This document shows positions 45,834 to 63,097 of a stretch of DNA of 64,000 nt, piece after piece; position 1 is the first letter of the stretch, and the number at the start of each line of letters is the position of its first letter. The stretch lies in assembly GCA_964057225.1 (NCBI GenBank), contig OZ059896.1:9982001-10046000 (forward strand). The letters run 5' to 3'. This DNA is from Auanema rhodensis. Lineage: Eukaryota; Animalia; Nematoda. The notes under the pieces were generated by a model. That model was given only the letters and a program-made list of their open reading frames with translations. It searched no databases and was not told where the DNA came from. The translations under genes and the position numbers were made by a program.

Positions 45834-46734
45834 TCATTTTGGTAACAATTTACTGTCATTTGGTAGCCATTTCCGGTCATTTGATGGCAGCTTATCATCG
45901 GATTTTTGTTGAAGATGATCTTGCAATCTTGCTAGATCATGCTTGTTAACCACCTGTCAAATACAAATAAAATTCGGAAAAATAATGAATAAACCTTTTG
46001 AATATCTTTCCTCTCAAAAGGTCTGAAATACTGGAACATTTTGTTCAACAAATCATCATCAACTCGTTTGACAGCTATATGATTTTCCAAAAAAGTCAAT
46101 GCATCGGCTCTTCGTTTAGATGCAGCAGAGGACTGCTCATCCAAATTCACTTCACTCTTAGCTTGTAAAATCGAAAAAGTAATCATTAACCTTGAATAAC
46201 TCAAGTACAAACCTCTAATGCTTCCCTGAACATCAATTTATTTTTAGGTATTTTGCTTGCATCAGGTTCGTAAAAACCATATTCCCATATAGGGTCATTG
46301 CGATGAAGCCATTCAGATTCCCGAGTAGGCAATACTCTGAATATAAAAAGTTAACAAAAAAAATACTACTGGTTGACAACTTATCAGACGGTACTCGCTC
46401 AGGAGGATCCACAGAAGTGATTTTCATTTTATGCATATTATCCACAAGATTCTCATGCTTTTTAGCCAATTCCTATATCTATTTCTTGTATCTCTTCAAA
46501 ATAACAACTAATTAGTATTACCATTTTAGCTAAATCATCAGTTTGAGCATTTTCAAATCGTTTCTGTTCAGTCGGTACCTTCGGGGCAACGACCTAAAAC
46601 GGGACAGCTACAAAAACAAATTATATTCTTACCTTTTCAGAACCTTCTTCTAACTTTCCAACATAATTCACAGCTTTTTTTTGAAAATTTGCGTCTTTAA
46701 CAGATTTACCAACGGAGTTCCATATTCTTTTCAT
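45834..46734 (-). CDS. NDUFAF4: Complex I assembly factor NDUFAF4-like
   Basis: VAPKVPTE...LAKKHENLVDNMHKMKITSVDPP...KIPKNKLMFREALEIL...MFQYFRPFE parallels the NDUFAF4 motifs VAPRHPST, KDEKLL..VDSKDP, IPKGKISIVEAL and YFVTFE. Confidence 0.8.
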
Positions 46735-47813
46735 TTTGAAATTCTTTCAAATCAAGTAATGGCACTGAGGAAGAACGTCTGCGCATTTCAAGGACCCTGA
46801 CGCAATTTCAGTTTCAGTACATAGCTGTTGTTTCGCTTTTTGGAATGTTTTAATATTGAAGGATTAATTCAGTTTTAAATATAAATATCAACTGTTTCAA
46901 TAAAAGAGCTTTTTTCGATTTCAAAATAAATTTCAGCAATAATGACTAGGTATTCACTACAACTTGGATGCTAAAGCACAAAAAAAAACAAATGATTCTT
47001 TCTGTAGCACAGAAAACTTGATTTCTTTAGAACTTATTTTTAAAATTTACGTTCATTAGCAATAGTTAGTTATTGTCAGACTCAGCTGAAATAATAGGCA
47101 ATTTTTTCAACACTGTTCCCGATCAAATGATAATACAGTGAACTTTCAATTAAATATTCATAAATGGAAATACGGAATTTCTCATTCATTATAATCAGTT
47201 TTTTAGTCGGTTTTTACAGATGAAGAATATTCTTCTTTAGTTTTGTTATAACAACATTAACTTTATAGTAACTATAGAACTCGTTATCATCTTCCTTAGC
47301 GTACAGGAACAACGCACTATTGTGAGACAAAAATTAAATTTAAAAATGTATTGCATTGCTCTAATTTTCTTTAATATCAACAACATGTAGCCGACTAATT
47401 AATACAATCGAAAAGCAACTCTCCATGATGTTCTGAAAGCTGTAACTTTAGAGAACATTTCACACGCACGAAAATTCACGTAAAATACTTTATTTAGACG
47501 AGTTAATTTTGCATTGGAGCATCCCAGTTACCAAGTCTATACTTTTCTTAACTAACTATTCATTGTAATAAATATATTAATTATTTTAAAGCATTGAAAT
47601 TCTTTACACTTCTAATCCAAATATTATAAATATTCTTTCCTCTGTTAACTTTATTTTTTTAAATTTATCATTTCATTGGTATCTTTGTACTCTTTGAATT
47701 TTATTTTTTTAACTAATAGTGCATATATTCCAAGGTTAACAGTTGTATACTTGATTATATTTTTAAATTCTTGCCTTTTGTAATTTTCTTATTAGAGTGT
47801 CAGAATTTTAGGA

Positions 47814-51297
<3,484 letters not shown>

Positions 51298-51593
51298 CTT
51301 CATCTAATAATATATATATATATATAGTTTTAACTATAATTAATATATTGTATTTGATTATAATATAGGTATTTATTTATTGTACACTATTTCAACCTTT
51401 TCGGTTGTTTAGATACTCATGTGAAAAGATCTTTTCCTTTGTTTGTTGACTTATCTGTTGAAAATGCATATTATATTCATTTACGTTTAAACTTGAATAC
51501 ATCAAGGCTAATTGCCTAATGATATTTTGTTTGTATAAACTTTAAATACTTATAATTCTTGTGAAGATACAAATTTATCTTATCTAGGTGATT

Positions 51594-52558
51594 ATGAGTG
51601 AAGAGCAAGTAAATATTGAACCTTCAAAGCTTGGAACAAAAGAATAGTTGAGCGAATAAAAATATTTCAATATTTCGTAATTTATAGCTGGGATGAGCGT
51701 TACGAAATGGAGTTAGGTAACTATAAGGATTGTGGTGACGAAGGTGAAATTTGGTTCGGAGTATCTGCCGAGAATAGGTCTGACTCTTGTGTTTTAAATC
51801 CAAACACTATTATGATTAAGAATATGCAAGTATTTAAATGAAAATGCTCCCCATAAAAAAGTAAAAATCTTAGATTTGGGTTGTGGAAATGGCTCAGTGT
51901 TGCGGAAATTAGTAGAACATAATTTTGTTTCTGGTAATACAACTTTTTTTTAGAGGTCCAAAGGATTCGAAGATTTGTATGGGATTGATTATTGTTCTGC
52001 TGCTATTGATCTTTCTAAGTCTATATCTGTTGAAGATGCTGAAGAAAATGATTACGCAACTGAAATAATTTTTGATGTAACTTGATAAACTTTAGATATC
52101 AAAATATGAAGCAAATAGATTAATTATTAACTAGGAAGTGCTTTAGACTCTTGACCTCTTGAAACCTGAAGATGTGACGAAGCTGAAATGTAAATTTAAC
52201 TACATTTTGGATAAAGGGACATGGGACGCAATGAGTCTCTCCGAAGATAGAGGTTTTTTCATGATTTGTCTTAATCATTCTGTTTGTTTGTATTAGGAAG
52301 CAGATGTGAGGCATATTTGAATACTGTGTTACTGAGCTTAGTACCTGGAGGACGGCTTGTTATTTTTTCTTGCAATTTCACAAGGTTTTTTTTAGTTTTA
52401 AAATTTGTTATAATTATAATATTAGAAATGAACTGGAGAGTCTATTTAACCGTGAAGATTTCAAGTTTGAATTTGAAATACCTTCCGTTCATACTATATC
52501 CTTCGGCGGCAAGCAAGGTGTCACTTCTACTGGTGTTGTATTCCAAAAAAAAGAATAG
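51594..52558 (+). CDS. EEF1AKMT2: eEF1A lysine methyltransferase 2 (METTL10/Efm4)
   Basis: [26 protein letters not shown]; ILDLGCGNG; [11 protein letters not shown]; SCNFT; ISFGGKQG. Confidence 0.92.
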
Positions 52559-53232
52559 CACGTTGCACTTTACTAAACTGGTAGTATAAAAATAAATTTT
52601 GTTGTTTTTTGTAAAAGATAACCTTAACGTTCAAAATAGCTAGAGAACAGAACGAAAAACACCAAATCTTTATACATACACAATTACAAAACACTAGATA
52701 TAGCATAAATAAGTTTAGTTCGTGATTCATCTATTTTGGATACTGAGTTTATAAAAAAAAACTATAATGAAAAACAGGTAAGAAATAGAAAGGGTACATA
52801 ATTTTTCTCCAATAAAGTACAAAATTAATTAAGAAATGTATTTTCTCGTTCTTTTTACGATGTTGAAATCTTTTGTTTCAACTGGAAAATATGAACATAT
52901 GTCTAAAAAACTATCATGGGCTGTATATATATTTGTTTGTCTAAATATATCTGTCAAGTATAGGGTAAACTTTTATTAGAAAAATGCTTAAAATTGAGAA
53001 ATTGATAGCAAGCAAGTTTTTCTGAATGAACTTTATAATTACCAAATAAATATTGAGAAATTTTCTACTACGCATATATGAGAGATTACACTTTTGAAGC
53101 TTTTACGAAATTGTGTGAAACCATCTGTCAAACAAGTTGCAAGGCACTGTGACAACCGTTTTTTAATATCATTCTACTTTTTTAATTTTGCTTTGATTAT
53201 TTGTTTTTAGTTTCTTTAGTTTTATAAATGAA

Positions 53233-55546
53233 ATGGTGAGAAAGCGTAAGTGTATAGTATATCAATGGAACTTAATTAAATTTGTGTAGACGTACGGAAA
53301 AATAAGTCAAATGAAAAAAATGTCCATCCTACTGTTTCTTCCATGGGTATTGAAAAAGATGCTTCGACTTGTTCTCCTACTCTAAGGTAGTTGTTTACTT
53401 TGTATTTTTGTTTTATCAAGAAGCATTATTAATTCATAACCATAATATATTTTTTAGTGTTAGTCCAACCGAAGTTGTTCTAGGAGACGGTAATGATTGT
53501 ACTTCAATTTCTTCTGATTCGCATCAAAATGTAAAAAAACAAAGGTCAACTGGTAATATTTCGTGTTGTTAAATTATTGTATTCATCACTTAGATTGCAA
53601 AGGAACTAAAAAACAGTTCAAAACAGTTATTATAACCAATTCTTCACTCTCAGAAGAACCAATGAAACAAGGGCCAGAATCTAATATGTAATGGAAACTG
53701 GATGGAAAAATTATAGTTTCAATGATTACTTATTCAGAACGCCACAAATTATTTCTTTAATTAAAGCTAAGAAGTTACCTATAGAAGTAGGGCTAAAACA
53801 AAAATCTGAGAAGGAAGTCGTATGTTTTTTTAAAATTATAATTTTCATCAAGTATTACATTACATATTATTAAACCTTTTAGCAATTAAATGTGCCTAAT
53901 TCTTTTACATATACGTGGGCGAGCAAAAAACCAGCAGCTGTAGTGTATGTTAATTAAAATTCTTTACATGTATACTAATATTTTATTTTAGGAAATGTTC
54001 TTCAATAGAACTATCGACGAATAGAAAAGCTAAACCTGCACATACAAATGAATGTTGTAATGAAGAAGTTTGAAAAAAATTTATTTGATTAACGTTTCCA
54101 TTATTCTAGGATGAGTTTTATCAAAATGATTCCCCTAAATCACTATCACCTAAAGAGAAGAAATATCGTAATGACATAAGTGATGTATTTGGATGTTTAG
54201 GTATTGTTGTATCAGCACAACGAATATGCCAGAGAGTTCTTGACACATCTTTTAAAGTTTATCTTAAATTTTATGATGAACCGAAAATTTTATTTCAATT
54301 ATAGCTTGATGTTAATATGTTTTATGACAGTCATTGCCATCTGGATTATATCTATAACAGATTTAAAAAATCTGACGGCAGTTTGTCCACCTGGATGAAA
54401 AAATATCCTGAAGCTTTTCCTCAGAATTTCGGAGGTAGATAATGATATTATTTCAAACTTTGTATTTTGTTTAGGATGCTTTCCTAATTTCATTGATCCG
54501 GAGCTGTTTGTCGAAAATTGTAATTCTAGCAATTATGATGTAGAATGGTTAAAATCAGAAATAAAAGTAAAATAATCCTGTGAAACGTTTTATTACAAAT
54601 TAATTTTTTTACAGAATCCTAAAGTTTTAGGATGTTCATATGGTTGTCACCCACGGTTCGCGAGCAAATGCTCGGACGAATTCATTAAAACGGTTGAAAG
54701 ATTTTGTTTGGAGTTAGGCACTTATAAAGTGAAAGCAATTGGGGAATGTGGACTTGATTTTCACAGGTATCATCATAAATGTGTTCGACTATGCAATTAT
54801 ATATTCTTAGAGCTACGGAGCCCTTCGAAGCTCAGGTTATTGCTTTGAAAAGACAGATTGATCTAGCCATCAAGTTCAATCTGCCTTTAATAATCCACTG
54901 CAGGTTTTTTTGGTTGATCTTAACAAAAATTTAAATATATTGAAGATCTGGTGCGCGAAATGCTGAAGAGCCATGCTTAACCGTTTTAGCGTCCCATGAA
55001 GTGAGTATAAGCGAACATTTTTTTTGATTAAACATAGATATTGCAGAATTTTTCTCGTTTTCATAATATTCATAGACATTGTTTTAACGGTAGTTGGGAA
55101 ACTGCGCAGCAATGGATGTCTTTGTTTCCTAACATGTATTTTGGTTAGATTTGTCTTCTCTCAAATTGTTTTATTTAATATTATTTAGGATACACGAGCT
55201 GTTGCTACAACTTTGGTTCAAATAGTTCAGAAATGGAAGCTTTCAAAAACATTCCTCTTGATCGTATCTTATTAGAAACTGACGCACCGTATTTCAAGCC
55301 AACATCGGTAACTTTTGCATTAATGTTTTTGGTTTATATTTTCACTTTCAGTTTTCAAATGTTTCCACTGGTAATGTTGCACTTCCTGGAATGGGTAACC
55401 TTTACTGAACAATTTCTAAGTTAAAAGACAAAATTTCAGCCATAGCAGTTGCAGAGATGTTAGCCAAAGAACGAAAACTTTCTGTAGAGTTCGTTATTCA
55501 ACAGACTACAAAAAACTTTGCTCGTATGTATGTTCTCAATTTTTAG
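53233..55546 (+). CDS. TatD-family nuclease with low-complexity N-terminal extension (TATDN2-like)
   Basis: FYDSHCHLD; GCHP; IGECGLDF; LPLIIHCR; IHRHCFNG; IPLDRILLETDAPYF. Exact start and end are less certain. Confidence 0.88.
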
Positions 55547-56169
55547 CATGCCAAGTTTTACATCATTCATTGTTACTAGTTTTAATTGTTACAGATTAGA
55601 ATTGTAAAATATAGATTATAATTGATTTGTAACCGGAATGTTTTTTCTCAGATACTTTACCTATAAATATTCAAGGTTTCTCGTGATTTAACTATGTGAA
55701 TTCTTAAGTTCTCATGTTACCGATTACAAAGTCTCGCGGATAGTGTGAACATGATAAGAGCCAACCTAAACTTCTAAGGAAAAAAATCATGATATACAAC
55801 AAATAAAGTACTGGCTAACAGGCGAAGATCCCAGTGGCAAGATGCTCTGAAACCCCGCCCCGTTTGGATGGAAAAGGACCTGGCCCGCAGTATTGGGGTC
55901 ACTCATGTTGGACCGACTGTCTTGTGATCTGCTGTGATCTCCTGATAGATCTTTACCCTTTCCTCAACCAAAAAATATTTTTAAATCAGTTGATCTATTC
56001 ATTCAATAGAAGACTACATTAGCTGTATAAAAATGTTGTGTTTGGTTTTTCATTGTAGTATTTACTACAAAGGGAACATTTTAATCTCTATCTTCTGTCT
56101 ATGCTCTTGTATTTTTATATCGGAAATGCATAATGTTTAAATTATTTGTTTGTTTTAGAACGTTATATA

Positions 56170-58465
56170 ATGTTCAAAATTGTGCTGCTTCTTCAGCTGT
56201 TCACCGGTACTTCTTCATGGTTGTAAGTTTTTTTGAAATGTTTGATTAATTTTCTTAGTATTCCTAAAAGCTTTCGATGGGAACTTTGTATACTCTCCCT
56301 TGTACTAATCGCAGGTGTCACGAACATGTACTGATTCGTCATCATGACTGGCCCCTTTGTTAACAAATGTTTTTCAATATTTTCAGTTTGAAAAAGACAA
56401 TTTTATTTTTTGTCTGTTTTTGCATTTATAAAGATACTCTTTCATTTGCCGAACCATTTCTCTCTTTTTTTGAAAAATGCCTATGCTTTATGCTTACCCG
56501 ACTTTATCGTAGATCCGACGTCAATCAATCAGTTACCTATGGGGTTATAGTTACCTCGGTCAAATATATATCATGCAACCTGTAAAGGTTTGCCGCTGTT
56601 TGTATGCGATGAACGAGCTCGCCTATGTTTTAAAGGTTTGGGCTCACCTCAGTTGTTCCTAATTTTTTTGATGTACATGGGTAACATTTGTTGATATGTA
56701 TGGGCGTTGTATATATTAAGGGAGGTGAAGGTTTTATGACTTTCGGCATGTGGATGTAGACCATCCTGCTCTGATCCATGACCCAAGCAGCAGTTTTATT
56801 ACCATGTATGGGTTAGCCTCCGGCGTCTAATTGATCTAAGACGTTTGTCGTTGGCAGAGCATTGTTCCTTTGCAAATACCGAGATTTACGATTCTTCCTC
56901 CCCGCTATAAACCATAACCCTGTTGGAATTACTGATGACGAAATTGGGTCAAAGGCGGAAGTTTCTATAAACAGATGGCCTGTACTAGCTTGAGAGTTGT
57001 AACCATACTTAGTAGTATTTGAGATGATACCGTTTAATCTGATGAAATTCATAGTCTATATAATATGTACAATAGAATGATCAATTCCAGACTATTATCT
57101 GATGCCAAAAGAGAACGGTTTTCGGGTAGAACGCTAGCATCTGCTTGTGCAATGACTCCTGGAATGTCAGCTCGTCAACGTGAAATCTGCATGAGAAATC
57201 CATTAGCTATGAAACATGTTGTTGACGGATTAAGAATGGCTATGGATGAGTGTCAGGATACATTCCGGAATCATGTCTGGAATTGTTCTGTTACTTCTCC
57301 AGGCTTCGGAGTTTCACCATTAGAAAGTAAATTTTTATTTTGTTATATGAATCTCATTTTGTGTTTCAGTGGCTTCAAAAGAATCTGCTTATGTTTACGC
57401 TATATCTTCTGCAGGAGTGAGCCATGCCTTAGCTAAGGCTTGCGCCAAGGTGGGAATTTAACACATCTTGTAAACATGTTTACATACATTTCTTCGGAAA
57501 TGATTTTGTTAGATTAAGACCTGTGTATTTTATCTCTTTGCTTTTTAAGGGAGAAATAGAAGACTGCGGTTGTGGTCCCATGCCCACCTTAACTGGTAAA
57601 AATTTTGTTTGGGCTGGTTGCTCTGATAATGTACGCTATGGTAATTCTTTTGGTCGAAAATTCATTGATGCTGTTGACAAAACTCACAAAGATTCCAGGT
57701 ATTTTCTACTTAAATAGTTCTTTATATTAATTTTTTTCTTAGAGCTATGATGAATCTTCACAATAATAGAGTAGGACGTCGTTTACTCGCAGCTGGAATG
57801 CAGAAACAATGTAAATGCCACGGAGTTAGTGGAAGCTGTGTTACTAAAACATGTTGGAAGGTTGTACCAAGGTAAATAATCATTTCACAGATGTATGTAA
57901 TTCATTTTTTAATTCTGTTCAGATTTGATGAATTCGCAACCATGCTCAGAGAGAAGTATGAATTAGCCCAACAAGTTACTGCTGATCCTGATAGTTCAAC
58001 CTTGATGGTTCGTGCTCCAGTTTCTGAAAAGGGCAGATCTGAGAGATATTTGAAGGAAGTAGAGAAAACTAAGGTCAGTTATTTGAATTTTTTCTCACAG
58101 ATTGTAAAATATTATGCAATTTGATACTTAATTAGATTTTATTTTTACAGGTAGTAAAGAACGACCTTATCTTCCTTGACCCTTCTCCTGATTATTGCAA
58201 GTCTGAATACAACGGAGCAACACATACGCGTGGACGGGAATGTGGTGACAGCTGTGACCAAATTTGCTGCGGGCGAGGTTTGTCTTTTTAGCTTCATAAT
58301 AGTTATAGTCTTTTTTCGGTTTTTACCATAATTATTGAAATATTTTTAGGATTCAATGTTGTTCGTGAAATTGTTGATGAACCCTGTGACTGCAAGTTCA
58401 TTTGGTGCTGTGAAGTTAAATGTAAAACATGCAAACGTCTTGTAAGTCGCCACTATTGCCGCTAA
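56170..58465 (+). CDS. mom-2: Wnt ligand, MOM-2 orthologue
   Basis: Signal exon [17 protein letters not shown]; [15 protein letters not shown]; [17 protein letters not shown]; [20 protein letters not shown]; [26 protein letters not shown]; GRSERY; REIVDEPC. These match recalled MOM-2-specific motifs. Confidence 0.93.
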
Positions 58466-59078
58466 TCCCCGGACGTTCTCAAAATACCAAACATTACTAT
58501 TAATAATCCTTTTCTAGAACCTTTTTTTGCCTGAACTATCCAAAGTTTCACTTAGGATATTTCTTTCCAGTGAATGTTTACTAATAATAACAAAACAAAA
58601 AACAAAAATTTATATTTATACATCTACAATCCAGAGTTTTATCTTGGCTATTTTTACAAAAAACGCTTCAAATTCCCGCATACTTTTGCATTTTGTATTC
58701 TTAACTTTCTTACAAACCTTTTAAGGTTTTCCTTTTTTTTCCAAGTTTGTATTAACCAAGTTTGTTTGATTTGAAACTTTAATAATGATCTGCTTCATTG
58801 AATCTCGTGTGAATGTGCTTGATTTTTTCGCGAGAATAATTAATTTTAAACTGTGCAATTGATATAACAATGACTTTAAGGTTTTCTGTACATAGTCGTA
58901 TTCATTTTCAATAGGCTCGAATATTTGAATGTTTGACAGCTTGCTAAACAGTGATAAACTATACATAATTGTGTTTTTAAATTCATTAAAGTTTGTCATG
59001 AATTGTATTTAGATGAATAATCATTGAGAACTCAGCAAAGAAAAAGATGAGTTAAGCTCAAAAGTTTATTTTTAGCTT

Positions 59079-60892
59079 TTAAATATGACTTTTCATGTTT
59101 TTGTTATACAAACTATGTATACGATCAGCTTCTCGTACTCCGCTCAGATATGCTCCTATAGCCGTTTGGAATAATCTGCAAACAGGATGACATATTAGCT
59201 CAGCAATGTTTTCAAACCTGTCATGTGTAGCTTCGCCAGCAAATTGAACTTTCAATTTACCTTGGTCGACAATGGGATAACCTAAGACTTCAGCTGGAAA
59301 ACCTGCTTCAGCTTGAGCTTTGCTAAGATATGAGTATGAACCACACAATAAATCATTTTTCGTTAATTGTGTGCGCACTATTTCTGATGGAGGATCTATT
59401 GTCTGATCATTCATCATATCTCGAATAAGTATAGTAATTTTCTCTTTCAACTCCGCAGTTTCCATTTGATCAATTATCTAAATTTCAGGTTTATTTTTTA
59501 ATTTTTCGAATAAATGAATACCGCATGACCTTCACCAGCTACCCAAGCCATCAAAGTGTTTGGTTCCCATGAAACAACCTTCACAAATAAAAAAAATAAT
59601 TTTTGTTCCATGATACACTAACCTGAAGAGTAGTGATTTCTCGCTCAAATGGTGTGATATGTTTTCTGGCCATCCCTTTCACAGGAAGAGGAGCCAATGA
59701 GAAAGTACCGGGCTGCCAAAAAGGTTTTTCCCAACGGAAAAAAATTTTACATGATTCTCCAAAGCCTAAAAAGAAATTAATTGAAAGAGAAATTGGTCTA
59801 ATCTATACCTATCTTCTCAATGGCTTCCTGTTTGTAGACTGGTAATGATGGATTGAACAACGTTTTGTAATATTTTTTCAAATGTCCTAAGGAACATGTA
59901 ACTATTATATGATCAAATAGCATTTTATATTCTCCGTCTTTTGTTGTAATTCGAATTTTATCATCAGCATAGTCGATATTTGTAATGATAGTATTGAAAT
60001 GAATTTTATTTTCAGGAATTGATGATTTGATATCATCCATAATTGCCTATAATTTGGTTCCATTTATTTAAATGATTTTATAATTTCATATTATATACCT
60101 TGTAACCTATTTCATTTGTTGTAAATGATTCACATACTGGTCCACCATCATTCCAATGTTTTAATACACTCAGACTAAGCTGAATTTCTTTAGTTTGTTG
60201 AAAATAATTAAATATTTTCTCACATTTTTCCAATCAGCAGCCCACTCAAACTCCCAATATGATCGGTAGGATCTTGTTAAAGCATCGAAAACATTTTTCC
60301 TCGTACCTTCTATTCCATGTTCCTACACGAGTTGTAAGAATTATGTAACACTTGGTTTTAATACCTCAATAAAACGTTCATAATCTTCCATGAAGAGGTC
60401 ATGGAAAGTATAGGCTCTTCCCATAATTGCATAGTTAGCAGAAAAGTCGCGATAACGTGCATCTAAGGGCTCAACAAATTTTTTAAATAACTCTATATCA
60501 TTTCTAAAATATACAATTTTAAAGTTTAAAAAACAACTTTACAAACTCATCAACAGGCTGATTGCCATACAAAAATTGAGCTTCATCAAAATGAGCAGTG
60601 TCTGATACAGGATCAGATATTACACCCAATCTTGATGCAATTTCATAAATTGGGTTATCAGAGCCATTTATAAACTGAGCACCCATTTGAAGATAACCAC
60701 CATCTGTGAAAACATTTTATATTGTTTAACATGAAAAAGGTTAAACTAACGATAAGGTATTGAGTGAATACGTCCTCCAATTCTCTCCGATCCTTCAAAC
60801 ACGTGAAAATCAGTATAGCCTAATTCATGAAGATGTTTTGCAGCTGAAAGTCCAGCCATTCCTGCTCCAATTATAGCAATAGTTGGAGACAT
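59079..60892 (-). CDS. FAD-dependent polyamine/spermine oxidase-like amine oxidase
   Basis: IAIIGAGMAGLSAA; EGSERIGGRI; QMGAQFING; DHIIVTCSLGHLK; GSYSY; FAGEATHDR..QTAIGAYLSGVREADRI. Confidence 0.93.
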
Positions 60893-61331
60893 TTTGAATG
60901 AATCTGCTACAAATTGACAATTAGAACGAAAAGTTTCATTTGTAGACGACGAAAATTTTTAGTTTAAACTGTGTGAATGAGAGAAAACAAATTGAGATCA
61001 CGGCGGAGACGAGATTTTTTGATAGCTTAAGATCTTTCATGCAAACTATGCATGCTTTATGGAAAAAACCAATATACATATATAGGGGTTTCTTCTTTCC
61101 GTTAAATGACTTTCTTATCGTTTTCCTTATCATGGAGCTCTTGAAGATTATTTCTATGGTCTTTTTTTGATCAATTCCAATAGACAAGACCATAAATCAT
61201 CATTTTCATAGCGGTATTCGAAAGATGTTTTCTTTACTTTCTGTTTAGTTCAAACTGCTCCGTAGTAGATAGAGAAAGTTGTACAAATATTTATTCGATT
61301 AACGTTTTTTCCAACAGAATTAATACTTAGA

Positions 61332-63097
61332 TTAAGCTTTTCCTTGTATAATAGCAGAAATATTAGCTTGTAAACCAGATATCAAGAAGAACCATCCAAT
61401 AACAAAAAAGAAAACATTTTGAGATACAAAAGCCAGTTTAAACGAAAAGCTTTTCTTTTCTTCTATAAATTTTGGTAAAAATATGAATGTATGCATTATA
61501 GAAGGAATTATCCACGACAGTAACATGCCTGCTGTTATGCCAATAAATGGAATAATATCTTGTAATTTTGGTATAGCCATAGATAGAGACACTATAAGTT
61601 ATATTATACGTATAATAAAATAATTAATCACAAACGTATAGTTAAACATACTTGGTATCATCACTGTTAAAAACCTAAAGCCATATTCTGATAAAGTGAT
61701 AAATATTTTTTTCCAATTTTTCAATTCCAAGAATGATCTTACAGGAGGCCACAACATTTCAACAATAACATAAATTTGTAAAACATTTCCAAAGAATACA
61801 ACAAACACTAAAAGTATTTTGAGAACAATATTCTCTCTGTAATAATACATTTAATTATATCATATAATTAGTATAATTTCTCACGTTGTATCAGGTAAAT
61901 TTAATGTTATACTTCCTTGTACATTTTGTCCATAAGTGATATAACCGAAAAACCCGCAATATGTATAGACTATAGACACAAGACTCATTCCTATAGATAA
62001 AAGCTTAGTTCAGAAATTATAGATGTTACACCTGTTGATAATACTCCAGTGAACCCTATCATGTCTCCTGGATATTTTAACTTATTTTCTAACGGTAACA
62101 CCTAATTGTTTCAATTTTATAATAATAAGAAAGATAATATACCATTGCTTGTCCTTCGAAAGAATAAAGCAATGATCCAGCACAGTTCACAAGACCATCA
62201 AAGCTTGTAAACCAAGGTAATGTCTCCCATTGCCATTTAGATACGAATAATTCCTAAATAATAATAGTTCATTATTACTCTTTTCAGTTATTATATTTTA
62301 CTTGTAAAATCATTCCAATAGAACCAAAAATTAAAATGTTTCCTATTAAACAGATAAATGTAACAGTTCGAATATTTCGAACAAAATTAATTAATGTAGC
62401 AGGAATAGTATAAATTAAAAATAATTGAGTTGTAGTTAATCCAGTTTCAAATTGAAAATGTGCTAAAATCTGTTGAATATGCTCTATAACGAACACATAG
62501 GCTACACTAGCTACACCTGTTTGAAATGCTATTAAGCATCCATTCACAAAAAATCTATAAGAACCTTAATAAGATATTTATAAATTAAATATATTTTACT
62601 TAGCCACACGATGATATTTGTATAAACACTTGAAACTATTTTGAAAGCCAACACTTGCCATATCTCCATAATTCAAATATTCATATTCTGTTCTAATATA
62701 ATTATATTTTTAATATATTTGAAAAATAAAACAATAATATTATACCTTTTACATAAAAATTGTGAAGACATCACAACTTTGTGCATAGCTATTGTGCTAA
62801 TTATTCCAATAAAAAACACAAGACAAAATGCCGTCTATAAACATTTTTTATAAAAATTTAAAAATATTTTTGATTAGAAAGTAGAAAGTTTAAAAAAGTC
62901 AGTACAACTAAGCCGCCTTGTTTGAACGCCATTGCAACAGAAAAACATCCTGGACCAATCATTCCATTAATAAAATTAATTAGATTATATGTACAACTAT
63001 AATAAAAAATAAATAATAACAATTACTAGTTAAGTATATTAACTCACGAAATTCCATCTTTTCTCACAATTGTTCTCTCAGCCACCTTTTCCTTCAT
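61332..63097 (-). CDS. SLC36-type proton-coupled amino acid transporter
   Basis: LINFINGMIGPGCFSVAMAFKQGG; FQTGVASVAYVFV; LLYSFEGQAM|VLPLENKLKYP; FFGYITYGQNVQGSITLNLP; multiple TM segments. Confidence 0.92.

Noticed and set aside
56223-57090. Nested gene or RNA in the long first intron of mom-2 (ORF 56813-57052)
   Set aside because: No splice or domain support; more likely regulatory, but no specific site can be defended.
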